Of a stretch of 64,000 nucleotides of DNA, positions 56,147 through 64,000 are shown in pieces. Made by a program: the position numbers and the translations under genes. Origin of the DNA: a virus; IMG/VR virus record IMGVR_UViG_3300030329_002830, positions 10,964 through 74,963 of that record; one strand, 5' to 3'. Every line of letters begins with the position of its first letter. The stretch's first letter is position 1. The notes beneath the pieces are model-generated. The model was not told the origin of the DNA. It made no database searches and saw nothing but the letters and a program-made list of their open reading frames with translations.

Positions 56147-56752
56147 GGGGGGGTTGCCGCTGGGCAGCCAGTGTCCAGATTCTCATCGTCGGCGGCACCG
56201 AGCCCCGACCCGCTCTCTGGAATCGCGATTGCGACCCATCGACACCGGGGGAACCCCCGGGAGGCGAAACGCCTGGCAGCGTTCGGGGCAACCCCGAGAA
56301 CACCAGGCAGAGTAGTCAGCCCGAAACGGTCGAGGTGGGATGAAGGACATGGATAGCAACCCACAGCAGGGTACGACAGCGAGGCGATGACCCCCTATAC
56401 AGGGGCGAGCCGAGCCCACTTGAGCCACGCAGCCGTAGTGCACGACCATTCCGCGAGCCCCATGGGGCCGCAAGCGATGGACCCGGAGCACGCAGGTGTG
56501 CCGCAGACGGTGGACGGTACCTGAGCCACGGACCTATCCATGACACTGCTCTGGTGACAGAGTGGGGGGCTTGCCCCCTGCGCCAGAGGAACGGCCCGGC
56601 TCTCCGATGTACTGAGTCATCTGTGGTCCATAGTTTCCCGGTGGACTTGAATAGACGGGAAGGCAGGCCACCCACCTCCTCATGGTGGGCCCCCCTGATG
56701 CCATGGCGTCAGGGGGATGAACACCCCCCCAGCGGGGGGGGCACGATTGGTC
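56147..56752 (+). ncRNA. Candidate large structured ncRNA (~600 nt)
   Basis: No credible ORF; many hairpins; k-turn 56383-56411; long-range helices 56332-39/56671-78 and 56348-56/56534-42. Confidence 0.6.
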
Positions 56753-56824
56753 GGGGCGTGATGCTCGCCCCCTGATGACCGCGCAAGCGGTGGCAGTAGC
56801 CAGGCCCAGCAGGGCCGAAACCAA
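56747..56824 (+). ncRNA. Type III hammerhead ribozyme variant (predicted cut after C56752)
   Basis: UUGGUC, stem I, CUGAUGA, two extra hairpins, stem II, GAAACCAA; loop I UGCU is complementary to loop II AGCA. Confidence 0.75.
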
Positions 56825-56835
56825 CAGGAGTCAGC

Positions 56836-56997
56836 ATGACCCGCAAGCACTTCAAACTCATCGCCCAAACCATCGCCCTCATCACCAACCCGGTCGCCCG
56901 GCGGGAAGCCGCCCGCGACTGGTGTGGCACGCTCCGCCAGACCAACCCACGATTCGACTCAAAGCGGTTCCTCGCTGCGTGCGGGGTGGCAGTATGA
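56836..56997 (+). CDS. 53-aa early phage protein (MTRKHF...NPRFD..RF..ACG family; not in the ORF track)
   Basis: AGGAG RBS; motif I recall from small phage proteins. Confidence 0.75.
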   Translation: MTRKHFKLIAQTIALITNPVARREAARDWCGTLRQTNPRFDSKRFLAACGVAV

Positions 56998-57314
56998 GCG
57001 CCAAGCGATTCATCACAGACCTCCAGGCCCTGGTCCGCAAGTTCCGCGAGGAGTCCATCGAACTCTGCGGACCCAAGTACGCATCGTTCTCCGACACCGT
57101 CGTGTGGGACACGGCCAAGAGTGAGAGCCTCGGCTACGGCAAGTGCGTGGCCCTCGTCTTCGATGGCGGGGGGTACGACGAACTCTCCAGCCAGGGGATG
57201 CTCGCTGACATGGGCAGCGAGACCTACCGAAATCAGGTCTTCGCCCTTGCCAAAAAGCACAACATGCACGCCGAGGACTACGCCAGCTACCTCATCACCT
57301 TCCACGCCAACTAA
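56994..57314 (+). CDS. Hypothetical early protein
   Basis: ATGA overlap with the previous gene; GC3-rich codons. Confidence 0.7.
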   Translation: MSAKRFITDLQALVRKFREESIELCGPKYASFSDTVVWDTAKSESLGYGKCVALVFDGGGYDELSSQGMLADMGSETYRNQVFALAKKHNMHAEDYASYLITFHAN

Positions 57315-57834
57315 CCGCCCCGGGGGAGCGTATCCCCCGCCGCAACCCGTCAGATCGTATGGCCCCCGGCGTGCAAACCCAGGCGGCCCTGCCTTGTTCC
57401 CCTTGCGCGGAACTGCACAGGCGATCTAACGGGGGGGCCGGGGGCTTTCCCCCGGTCCCATCTCCGAACATAGCCTCCGGCTGGGTTCCCCCTGTGTACA
57501 GGGAGGGGTTGAGCCCAGCCGTTGAGGCGAGTCTACCCCGGCTGCCCCGCAGCATATCATCAACCCTCACCGCTCCCCCGTTGTGCCGGTTCCCCCTGGG
57601 GTATCGGCCAGCGGGTGGGGCAAAGGCAGCCCCATCGAGGTCAGGCACCGCCGGATTCGGCCCAGCCCATGACCCACAGGCAGCCCCGAACTACCGATTC
57701 TGAGTCGCGCATATCCCGCCTTGCCCCTGGCATATCGCCAGATGCGGCATCCCCTGAGAACGGGGCGAGCGAGGGGCGCGGCGTCAAGAGAACCTTACCT
57801 CAACGTCAAGAAACCTTTACACCTGGAGTCCACC

Positions 57835-57930
57835 ATGGGAACCCTTCAAGACCGATACGACAACTATGTGCGATGCATGATTGACCTTGGCCAGCCGTAT
57901 GTTGACTTTGACACCTGGCTGAACCGCTAA
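57835..57930 (+). CDS. 31-aa protein
   Basis: GGAG RBS; MGTLQDRYDNY...FDTWLNR. Confidence 0.6.
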   Translation: MGTLQDRYDNYVRCMIDLGQPYVDFDTWLNR

Positions 57931-57944
57931 CCCTGGAGCCCACC

Positions 57945-58166
57945 ATGTATGAGTTCATCACCAACGACCCCGCCGATGGCAAGCAGCTTTGGCGGGTGAC
58001 CGAGTGCAAGACCTGCGAGGGTCGCGGCCGAATCTGGTACCCAGGTTGCGGCGACAGTGCAGCCACCTGCCAGGAGTGCGATGGCGCTGGCGAGGTTGGC
58101 AAGTATCGCAAGATCGACTTCAGAACCGGCAAGCCCTATGGCCCGTGGCGGTCTGACTGCCACTGA
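57945..58166 (+). CDS. DnaJ-type CxxCxGxG zinc-finger small protein
   Basis: CKTCEGRG and CQECDGAG; GGAG RBS. Confidence 0.7.
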   Translation: MYEFITNDPADGKQLWRVTECKTCEGRGRIWYPGCGDSAATCQECDGAGEVGKYRKIDFRTGKPYGPWRSDCH

Positions 58167-58181
58167 CCCTTGACAAGTAAA

Positions 58182-58454
58182 GGGACAGGGGGCCACCGTG
58201 TCCCCCTTGTGGGACACTGAATATCACAGGGTCAACCGGCAATATCCTGGGTGTCCCTACCTGTCCCCCTTGTTTCTGAAAAGAAACCTGACCCTACCTG
58301 GGCCCTCTCGCGCCCCCCTCCCTCTCTATTACTACCCCCCCCTACTTTCTTAGAGTAGGTAGGGACAGATAGGACAGAGTCCAACTATCCAGGTTGAACC
58401 GTACCTATTTACAGTCCCCCTGACCTGACCTAACCGTTGTCACGTCAAGGGACT
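58182..58454. repeat. GGGACA/TGTCCC repeat cluster (putative origin or operator array)
   Basis: About nine exact or near copies in both orientations in non-coding DNA. Confidence 0.6.
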
Positions 58455-58513
58455 GGGGGCCACTTTCATGCCGAAGCGGACACATTATGACCGCCTTTGG
58501 CCTTGTACCTGAC

Positions 58514-58542
58514 TTGACCATCCACCTGCCCGTAACTAAATG
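58514..58542 (+). promoter_or_regulatory. Probable early promoter TTGACC-17-TAAATG
   Basis: Lies upstream of the CAACAACAGGAG leader. Confidence 0.5.
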
Positions 58543-58567
58543 TAGGGCAGCAACAACAGGAGTTCCC

Positions 58568-58699
58568 ATGAGCACGACCACCTTCAACGCTTTCCGACGC
58601 CGTGGCTACCGAGTCGTGAACCTGCGCCGCTGCACCCCGGCTGCCCAGGGTAGCCGCCCGGTTCAGATGCTCGCCCGAATCACTCCCCTCTCCCGATAA
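58568..58699 (+). CDS. 43-aa basic protein
   Basis: AGGAG RBS. Confidence 0.5.
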   Translation: MSTTTFNAFRRRGYRVVNLRRCTPAAQGSRPVQMLARITPLSR

Positions 58700-58769
58700 C
58701 TGTACGCCCTTGCTGCAAGGGTAGAGCAGCGCGAAAGCTAAACCATCTCAACAACAACAGGAGCCCATC

Positions 58770-59717
58770 ATGGCTAAGAAGAAGTTCGACCCGTACCAAG
58801 TGATCACCGACTCCATCATCGACGCGCTGGAGGCTGGCACCCAGCCCTGGCGTGCTCAGTGGAAGGGGCTTGGTGGTTCCACCCTGCGCCCCCTCAGCGG
58901 TGCGACCGGCAACCCCTACAAGGGCATCAACGTCCTGCTGTGCTGGGCTACCGCCCACTCGATGGGCTACTGGTCCAACCAGTGGCACACCTACAAGGGA
59001 GCCCAAGGCAAGGGCGGCCAGGTCCGCAAGGGCGAGAAGTCCACGCGCATCGTCAAGTGGCTGTTCTTCCCTAAGAAGGACGAGCGAGGCCAGCCGGTCA
59101 TCGGTCGGGACGGCCAGCCCGTTACCATCCCGTACCCCAAGCTGTACTCCGTGTTCAATGCCTGCCAGATTGAATGGGAAGAGGGCAGCGAGTACGCGCC
59201 TGGTCCCGAGCCCACCGTCGAGGACCACGATGGCTCCGAGGCTGGCGACAACCACAGCAAGGCCAAGGACGTGCTCGACGCATGGACCGAGGTGGTGCCC
59301 GTCGGGCATGGCGGCAACCGTGCGTACTACTCACCCACTGAGGACCGCATCCAACTCCCCCGCTTCGAGCAGTTCGAGGACGAGGCATCCTACTTCAGTG
59401 TGGCGTTCCACGAGGCTGGACACAGCACCGGGCACGAGTCTCGCCTTGACCGGGACTTCAGCAAGTCCAAGCGGTTCGGTGACCAGGCGTATGCCTTCGA
59501 GGAGTTGGTCGCTGAGTTGGCCGCCGCCTTCCTCTGCGCTGACTGCGGCATCAGCCAGCCCGCCGAGCCGAGAGCGGACCACGCCAGCTACCTGGCCTCA
59601 TGGCTCAAGGTACTCAAGGGTGACAAGAGGGCCATCATCAAGGCCGCATCCGATGCGGAGAAGGCTGCCAAGCTCATCCTTGAGAACGCCGACGTGGCCG
59701 AGATGGCCGCCAAGTAA
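58770..59717 (+). CDS. ardC: ArdC-family antirestriction protein (ssDNA-binding + zincin)
   Basis: PWRAQW, YKGINVL, GGQVRKGEKS, VFN, AYYSPTEDRIQLP, FHEAGHSTGH, YAFEELVAEL, HASYLASWLKVL. Confidence 0.93.
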   Translation: MAKKKFDPYQVITDSIIDALEAGTQPWRAQWKGLGGSTLRPLSGATGNPYKGINVLLCWATAHSMGYWSNQWHTYKGAQGKGGQVRKGEKSTRIVKWLFFPKKDERGQPVIGRDGQPVTIPYPKLYSVFNACQIEWEEGSEYAPGPEPTVEDHDGSEAGDNHSKAKDVLDAWTEVVPVGHGGNRAYYSPTEDRIQLPRFEQFEDEASYFSVAFHEAGHSTGHESRLDRDFSKSKRFGDQAYAFEELVAELAAAFLCADCGISQPAEPRADHASYLASWLKVLKGDKRAIIKAASDAEKAAKLILENADVAEMAAK

Positions 59718-59781
59718 GAACCCTCCGCAGTCCGGGGCCTGCGCAACAAAGCCCCGCCCCCTTCAACAACAGGAGCCCATC

Positions 59782-60018
59782 ATGACCCTCTTCACCACCA
59801 TCACCAAGGCCGTCGTGTCCCACCTGCTCTTCGGAGCCGCGCCATTGCTGGTGCTCATCCTCGCCAACTTCCTGGTCGAGCCCGACCGGGCATGGTTCAC
59901 CGGGCTGACCCAGACCCAAGAGCTTGGCGCGTGGGCCGCCCTCGCCGCCTGGTCCTTCTTCTCACTGCGCCTCTTCATCGTGCCGCTGGAGCGTGTCCAG
60001 CTTGGAGGTGCCAAGTGA
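59782..60018 (+). CDS. Small two-TM membrane protein
   Basis: AGGAG RBS; two hydrophobic helices. Confidence 0.7.
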   Translation: MTLFTTITKAVVSHLLFGAAPLLVLILANFLVEPDRAWFTGLTQTQELGAWAALAAWSFFSLRLFIVPLERVQLGGAK

Positions 60019-60296
60019 GCAGCGTCATCCACAGGATTGAGAGCGACGGCAAGCAGTCTTGGAGCAGCACCAAGAACAACGCCTACATCACATTCGACCC
60101 AAGCCGAGCGGGCAGCATCACGGATCCATACGTGGCGGCCCGTGTCGGTGACGGCAGCATGATGTGCGTGGACAACAGGGACTTTGTGTGGGCCTTCGCT
60201 GGCCTGGTCAGCGGACACACCAATGCCCCTGGGTACATGAAGACACTGGCACGCCGTGCCGCCAAGGACTTGAAAGCACAAGGAGGTGCCAAGTGA
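60015..60296 (+). CDS. Hypothetical early protein
   Basis: GGAGG RBS; GTGA overlap. Confidence 0.65.
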   Translation: MSSVIHRIESDGKQSWSSTKNNAYITFDPSRAGSITDPYVAARVGDGSMMCVDNRDFVWAFAGLVSGHTNAPGYMKTLARRAAKDLKAQGGAK

Positions 60297-61684
60297 ACCC
60301 GCAAACCAAGCTCATCATCGACCGTGACTACACCGGCACCATCGAGCGCCGTGAGCGTGACTACATCGCGACCGACGCCGATGGCACCGAGCACACCACC
60401 ATCCGTGTGCCCACCGCCAACCTCGCACAACTGCACAAGCGGTTCGACAAGCTGGTCAGCAAGGCCAGCCGCCTGGGCCTCGATGCCCCGGTGCTGACCA
60501 AGGTGGGCGACATCTCAGTGCCCAAGCGCAACGAGGCAGACGTAACCGTGTGGCACCGCTACGCGCTGTTCACCCTGGTCGCCAAGCCCGTCCACTTCGA
60601 TGGCTGGTCCTTCGTCGCCGCCATCCAGCACGTCGCCACTGAGGACGGCTACCGCAATGTGGTCCGCACCTCGCCCCACTTCGAGGGCGCTGCGGTGGAC
60701 CCCATCATCCGCACCTCACGTCCGGTGTGCGAGCACTGCAACACAGCACGCAAGCGCAACGATACCTATGTCATCCAGCACGACGACGGCTTGCGCAAGC
60801 AGGTCGGTCGCCAGTGCCTGCGGGACTATGTAGGCGAGGCCACGGGTGCTGAGATCCTGCGCTCTGCTCAGTACGAGCGTGAGCTTAGCGACTTCATCGA
60901 CGACGACTGGGGCGCTGGCTCCAGCGGCATCAGTGCCTGGGATGTGCGGGCTGTGCTCGCCATCACGGTGGCATCGGTCGAGCTTCGCGGCTGGACCAGC
61001 CGGGGCAACGCCCGACAGTTCGGCTACCATGCCACTGCTGACCATGTCCTGGGTACCCTGACCGAGACCGACGACAGGCGGAAGTGTGTGGAGTGGGACC
61101 AGGACGGGCCCAACTTCGTAGCCCCCTGGGGTGACGCTGAGCGCGAGCAAGCCGACGCCATCATCGAGTGGACCGAGGCCATCGCTGACGACACCGACAG
61201 TGACTACCTCTGGAACCTCAAGGTGGCCTGCTCCCTGGGTGGCATCACCTACCGTGAGCTTGGCATCGTGTGCAGTGCGGTCGCTGCCTACCAGCGGCAC
61301 GTCAAGGGTGAGCGGCTGCGCCGTGAGCGTGAGGTTGCCGCCAAGGTGAGCGCTGCCATCGGCAGGGCCGGTGACAAGATTGGCCGCAAGCTCTCCGCTG
61401 CGGACAAGCGCAAGGGTGCTGAAGCCCACGCTGCACTGACCGTCACGGTCAGCGACACTCGGCTCTTCGACGGTGACTATGGCACCAAAGAGTTGGTCTC
61501 GATGACCGACACCGAGGGCAACGTGCTCAAGTGGTTCGCCTCCGGGCGGGCCAACTCCGACGACGGCGAGCGGGTGGTGGTGGGCAACACCTACACCCTG
61601 GTCGCTACCATCAAGGGTCACGGTGAGTACCGTGGCGTGACTGAAACCAAGGTGAACCGCTGCGTCCTGACTCCGGCGCAGTGA
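60293..61684 (+). CDS. Phage protein with Cys cluster and C-terminal OB-fold-like domain
   Basis: CEHC..RKR..KQVGRQCLRDY; DTEGNVLKW..ATIKGHGEYRGVTETKVNR. Confidence 0.75.
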   Translation: MNPQTKLIIDRDYTGTIERRERDYIATDADGTEHTTIRVPTANLAQLHKRFDKLVSKASRLGLDAPVLTKVGDISVPKRNEADVTVWHRYALFTLVAKPVHFDGWSFVAAIQHVATEDGYRNVVRTSPHFEGAAVDPIIRTSRPVCEHCNTARKRNDTYVIQHDDGLRKQVGRQCLRDYVGEATGAEILRSAQYERELSDFIDDDWGAGSSGISAWDVRAVLAITVASVELRGWTSRGNARQFGYHATADHVLGTLTETDDRRKCVEWDQDGPNFVAPWGDAEREQADAIIEWTEAIADDTDSDYLWNLKVACSLGGITYRELGIVCSAVAAYQRHVKGERLRREREVAAKVSAAIGRAGDKIGRKLSAADKRKGAEAHAALTVTVSDTRLFDGDYGTKELVSMTDTEGNVLKWFASGRANSDDGERVVVGNTYTLVATIKGHGEYRGVTETKVNRCVLTPAQ

Positions 61685-61734
61685 CTTCACCCGGCCCCCT
61701 TCGGGGGGCCACCCACCTTCAACAGGAGACTGAC

Positions 61735-62070
61735 ATGACCACTACCCCGACCACAAACACGTTCGACATCAGCGCCATGGGACGCGAGGGCATCTCGCTT
61801 CGCGAGCGTTCGCGGGTCATCCGTGGCGAACTACAGCGGCTGCTGACCGACCTTATGAAGCCTGGGGCCCAACTTTCCAGCGAGGCCATGCAGCAGCGCA
61901 TTAGCGATGCTGAGTGGTTCCTGGTCTTGTTCGACGACTACCTTGGAGAGACCCTTCCCGGCCCCCCCACCGACGAGGACGAGGACGAGGACGAGTTCGA
62001 CTACGACGACGATGACGCCCACGCGCCCGCCAACAACGACCAGGACCCGCGCCCGGTGCGCCTTTCCTGA
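61735..62070 (+). CDS. Early protein with a highly acidic tail
   Basis: AGGAG RBS; DEDEDEDEFDYDDDD. Confidence 0.7.
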   Translation: MTTTPTTNTFDISAMGREGISLRERSRVIRGELQRLLTDLMKPGAQLSSEAMQQRISDAEWFLVLFDDYLGETLPGPPTDEDEDEDEFDYDDDDAHAPANNDQDPRPVRLS

Positions 62071-62131
62071 AGCGCCACAACAACCAACAGGAGACTGACA
62101 TGACCTTCAACAACAACCGAGAGGTGACATC

Positions 62132-62413
62132 ATGAAAAAGCCAACCAATGCCTACGACGCACTCAGAGACACACTGCGCGGCAGCAGCGTCCAGGTCGAT
62201 GTGTACTGCCAAGTCCAAGAGTTCGAGAGCCGTCCCCGGTGCCACGAAACGGTGATGGCCTACGACGGTGACGTAGGGGCTTTCGAACCGGACAGCGCGG
62301 AGCGAAACCTGAAGCGAAAGGGCTGGGTCTACCGGCACAACCCTGACGAGTACGGGTTCTCCCAGTGGGTCTGCCCCGCCTGCATCAACCGAGAGGTGAC
62401 ATCATGCCAGTGA
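62132..62413 (+). CDS. Hypothetical Cys-containing protein
   Basis: GAGGTG RBS; GW...WVCPAC. Confidence 0.7.
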   Translation: MKKPTNAYDALRDTLRGSSVQVDVYCQVQEFESRPRCHETVMAYDGDVGAFEPDSAERNLKRKGWVYRHNPDEYGFSQWVCPACINREVTSCQ

Positions 62414-62955
62414 CCTGGAATGTGGAAGACGTGAAGGACTGGAAGAGCGTCTGCTACTGGCGGATGACAATCCGCGAATACGCGACCCTCTTCAACAAGA
62501 AGGACACGAACGACTTGAAGAGTCAGCTTCGCGCTGAGTGGCCAGAGCCGTCGTTCTACCTCATCGACAAGAGCGTCAAGCCCGACGACATTACCGACGA
62601 CACACTCGTCGGTCGCATGGACCCGGTTTGCAAGTGGCTGATCTTTGACGCCCTGCCACGAACAGGGCACATGAAGCTGACCCTCGACAACGTCGGCGAC
62701 GTGTACAAGCGACTCAGTCTCATGGGTCAGCGCAATCCTGACCTTCGACCACAGCGTGTCGTTGACGCAAGATTCAGGTTCGGCGACATCACGATGGATG
62801 AGTTGCTGAAGTTCATCGGCGTCTACAACAACGGCCACGACTCGTCCGTCAAGTCAGTCACAGCCTTTTGCAGGGCGTACAGGATTGACCGAAAAGACTG
62901 GCGCAACTGGTCACCGCCCAGTCGACCGAATGGATGCCACATCACCAATGACTGA
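62404..62955 (+). CDS. Hypothetical early protein
   Basis: GAGGTG RBS. Confidence 0.7.
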   Translation: MPVTWNVEDVKDWKSVCYWRMTIREYATLFNKKDTNDLKSQLRAEWPEPSFYLIDKSVKPDDITDDTLVGRMDPVCKWLIFDALPRTGHMKLTLDNVGDVYKRLSLMGQRNPDLRPQRVVDARFRFGDITMDELLKFIGVYNNGHDSSVKSVTAFCRAYRIDRKDWRNWSPPSRPNGCHITND

Positions 62956-63083
62956 TGGCCCACCGGCAGACCCATGTCCGGCTCAAACCACCAACACGTT
63001 CTGTCGGGTGAGCCAGCAGAACACCAACCCCAACAACAGGAGAGCTTATCCAACCCCAACCATCAGACCTGCCGCGCCGCACC

Positions 63084-63359
63084 TTGCGTGAGACGTGGCA
63101 GTCCCTCCAACTCACTGCGATTGTGATTCGGCACCAGTTCGGTACCGTCGTCATCATCCCAATGATGGAGGGCGATAGCGGTGTCGTCGAGTGGCGACGT
63201 TGCGACCTTGTGCGATTCAAGCCGTGGCACGCTGTAGAGCGGTCGGCTGTGGTCGATGAGGTAGAGGCCGCGTGGGCCGACGAAGACCTGACTGTTGACA
63301 TCTTCACGGATGAACTGAGTCACAGCGATGACGCCCCGCTCAACCCGTTCGACCTGTAG
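63084..63359 (+). CDS. Hypothetical protein
   Basis: ORF with no clear RBS. Confidence 0.45.
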   Translation: MRETWQSLQLTAIVIRHQFGTVVIIPMMEGDSGVVEWRRCDLVRFKPWHAVERSAVVDEVEAAWADEDLTVDIFTDELSHSDDAPLNPFDL

Positions 63360-63482
63360 GTTGAGCGACATGGCTGCGGCCCCCTCCGGGGGGTCGTCGC
63401 CACCCCACCTTTTCCAACAAAACCAACAGACCCGTGTCCGAATCGCGGACCCAACTTGTCCCTATAGGTACAGGAGAAAGAC

Positions 63483-63929
63483 ATGACCACGAAAGACATC
63501 CTAACGAGCGAGCAACACTACCTCACCATCGAGCGGCTTGTTGCAGCCGGAATCATTGAGACCCCGCCATCTATGTATGACCTGATGGCGTGCCTGAGTA
63601 ACGACCCTGACATGGCCGGCGAGGTTACGCCGAACCTTGACGAAAGGCGAGAGGGGCGTGGCTTCACGTACCACTGCGCCAATGGGTACGAGGTCTCTGT
63701 GCAGTGGGGCGAGGCTTGCTACTCTGACGTTCGCCACAAGCAAGGACCATGCGACAGCCCCAACGCTGAGGTGGCCGTGATCAATCCCACGGGGGTCATG
63801 GTCATGCTTCAAAAGTTCGACCAAGTCCTGGGCTGGCAGTCACCACAACAAGTGCTGGCTGTGATCAACAAGGCCGAGACGTGCCCCGACTGGCCGACCA
63901 AGTGGCCAACCTTCGATGACGAAGAGTGA
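63483..63929 (+). CDS. Hypothetical phage protein (NGYEVSVQW..Y..AEVA..V.GW family)
   Basis: AGGAG RBS. Confidence 0.75.
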   Translation: MTTKDILTSEQHYLTIERLVAAGIIETPPSMYDLMACLSNDPDMAGEVTPNLDERREGRGFTYHCANGYEVSVQWGEACYSDVRHKQGPCDSPNAEVAVINPTGVMVMLQKFDQVLGWQSPQQVLAVINKAETCPDWPTKWPTFDDEE

Positions 63930-64000
63930 GCTTCATGTCGGGGCCAAACCTGAATCGCGTACACGCCGATGAGAGGAACAGATGAGCAAACCAACCGCTG

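Noticed and set aside
55383-56360. Several overlapping Pro/Gly/His-rich ORFs
   Set aside because: They are explained by scarcity of stop codons in very GC-rich or structured DNA; only 55567-56016 was kept, at low confidence.
56691-56716. Second hammerhead core (CUGAUG)
   Set aside because: It lacks A9, is locked in a perfect hairpin, and has no matching GAAA or stem III.
57345-57432. Twister-sister ribozyme (GUGCAA loop)
   Set aside because: The conserved cleavage-site internal loop is not recognisable; kept only as a generic structured RNA.
58852-59781. 388-aa ORF overlapping ardC, and the antisense ORF 60716-61690
   Set aside because: These are shadow frames of GC3-rich genes; only 59782-60018 has an RBS.
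56822-63480. Recurrent CAACAGGAG leaders as a CRISPR array
   Set aside because: Spacing is irregular, whole genes lie between copies, and there are no cas genes.
1-64000. Stop-codon recoding, DGR/retron, introns/inteins, integrase or IS elements
   Set aside because: Genes are intact in code 11 with all three stop codons used, and no RT, recombinase or transposase motifs were seen.

Overview
The window is a ~64 kb piece of a tailed dsDNA bacteriophage, probably podovirus-like: it has an adaptor, a nozzle and ejection proteins but no tape measure. There are no host housekeeping genes, no integrase and no DNA polymerase. It has three blocks. (1) 1-8.3 kb, mostly + strand, replication/recombination: zf-CHC2/TOPRIM primase, VapE helicase, SF2 helicase, Cro-like regulator, H1-like protein, YqaJ/RecT, tRNA-Asn and zinc ribbons. 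(2) 8.3-55.3 kb, - strand, late genes: RusA, SSB, terminase, portal, scaffold, capsid, adaptor/nozzle, ejection proteins, a 3500-aa polyvalent protein with ART, zincin and HhH-GPD-like domains, fibres, six paralogous ~125-aa beta proteins, and lysis genes with a YkuD-like endolysin. (3) 55.4-64 kb, GC-rich, + strand, early region. The best candidates for new biology are in block 3: a ~600-nt highly structured non-coding RNA (k-turn, GNRA/CUUG loops, long-range helices) ending in a variant type III hammerhead ribozyme with two extra hairpins in its core; five early genes (including ardC) each bracketed by its own 15-21 bp direct repeat of RBS plus start codon; and a GGGACA repeat cluster that looks like an origin or operator array. 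All calls are by eye from motifs; no searches were run.
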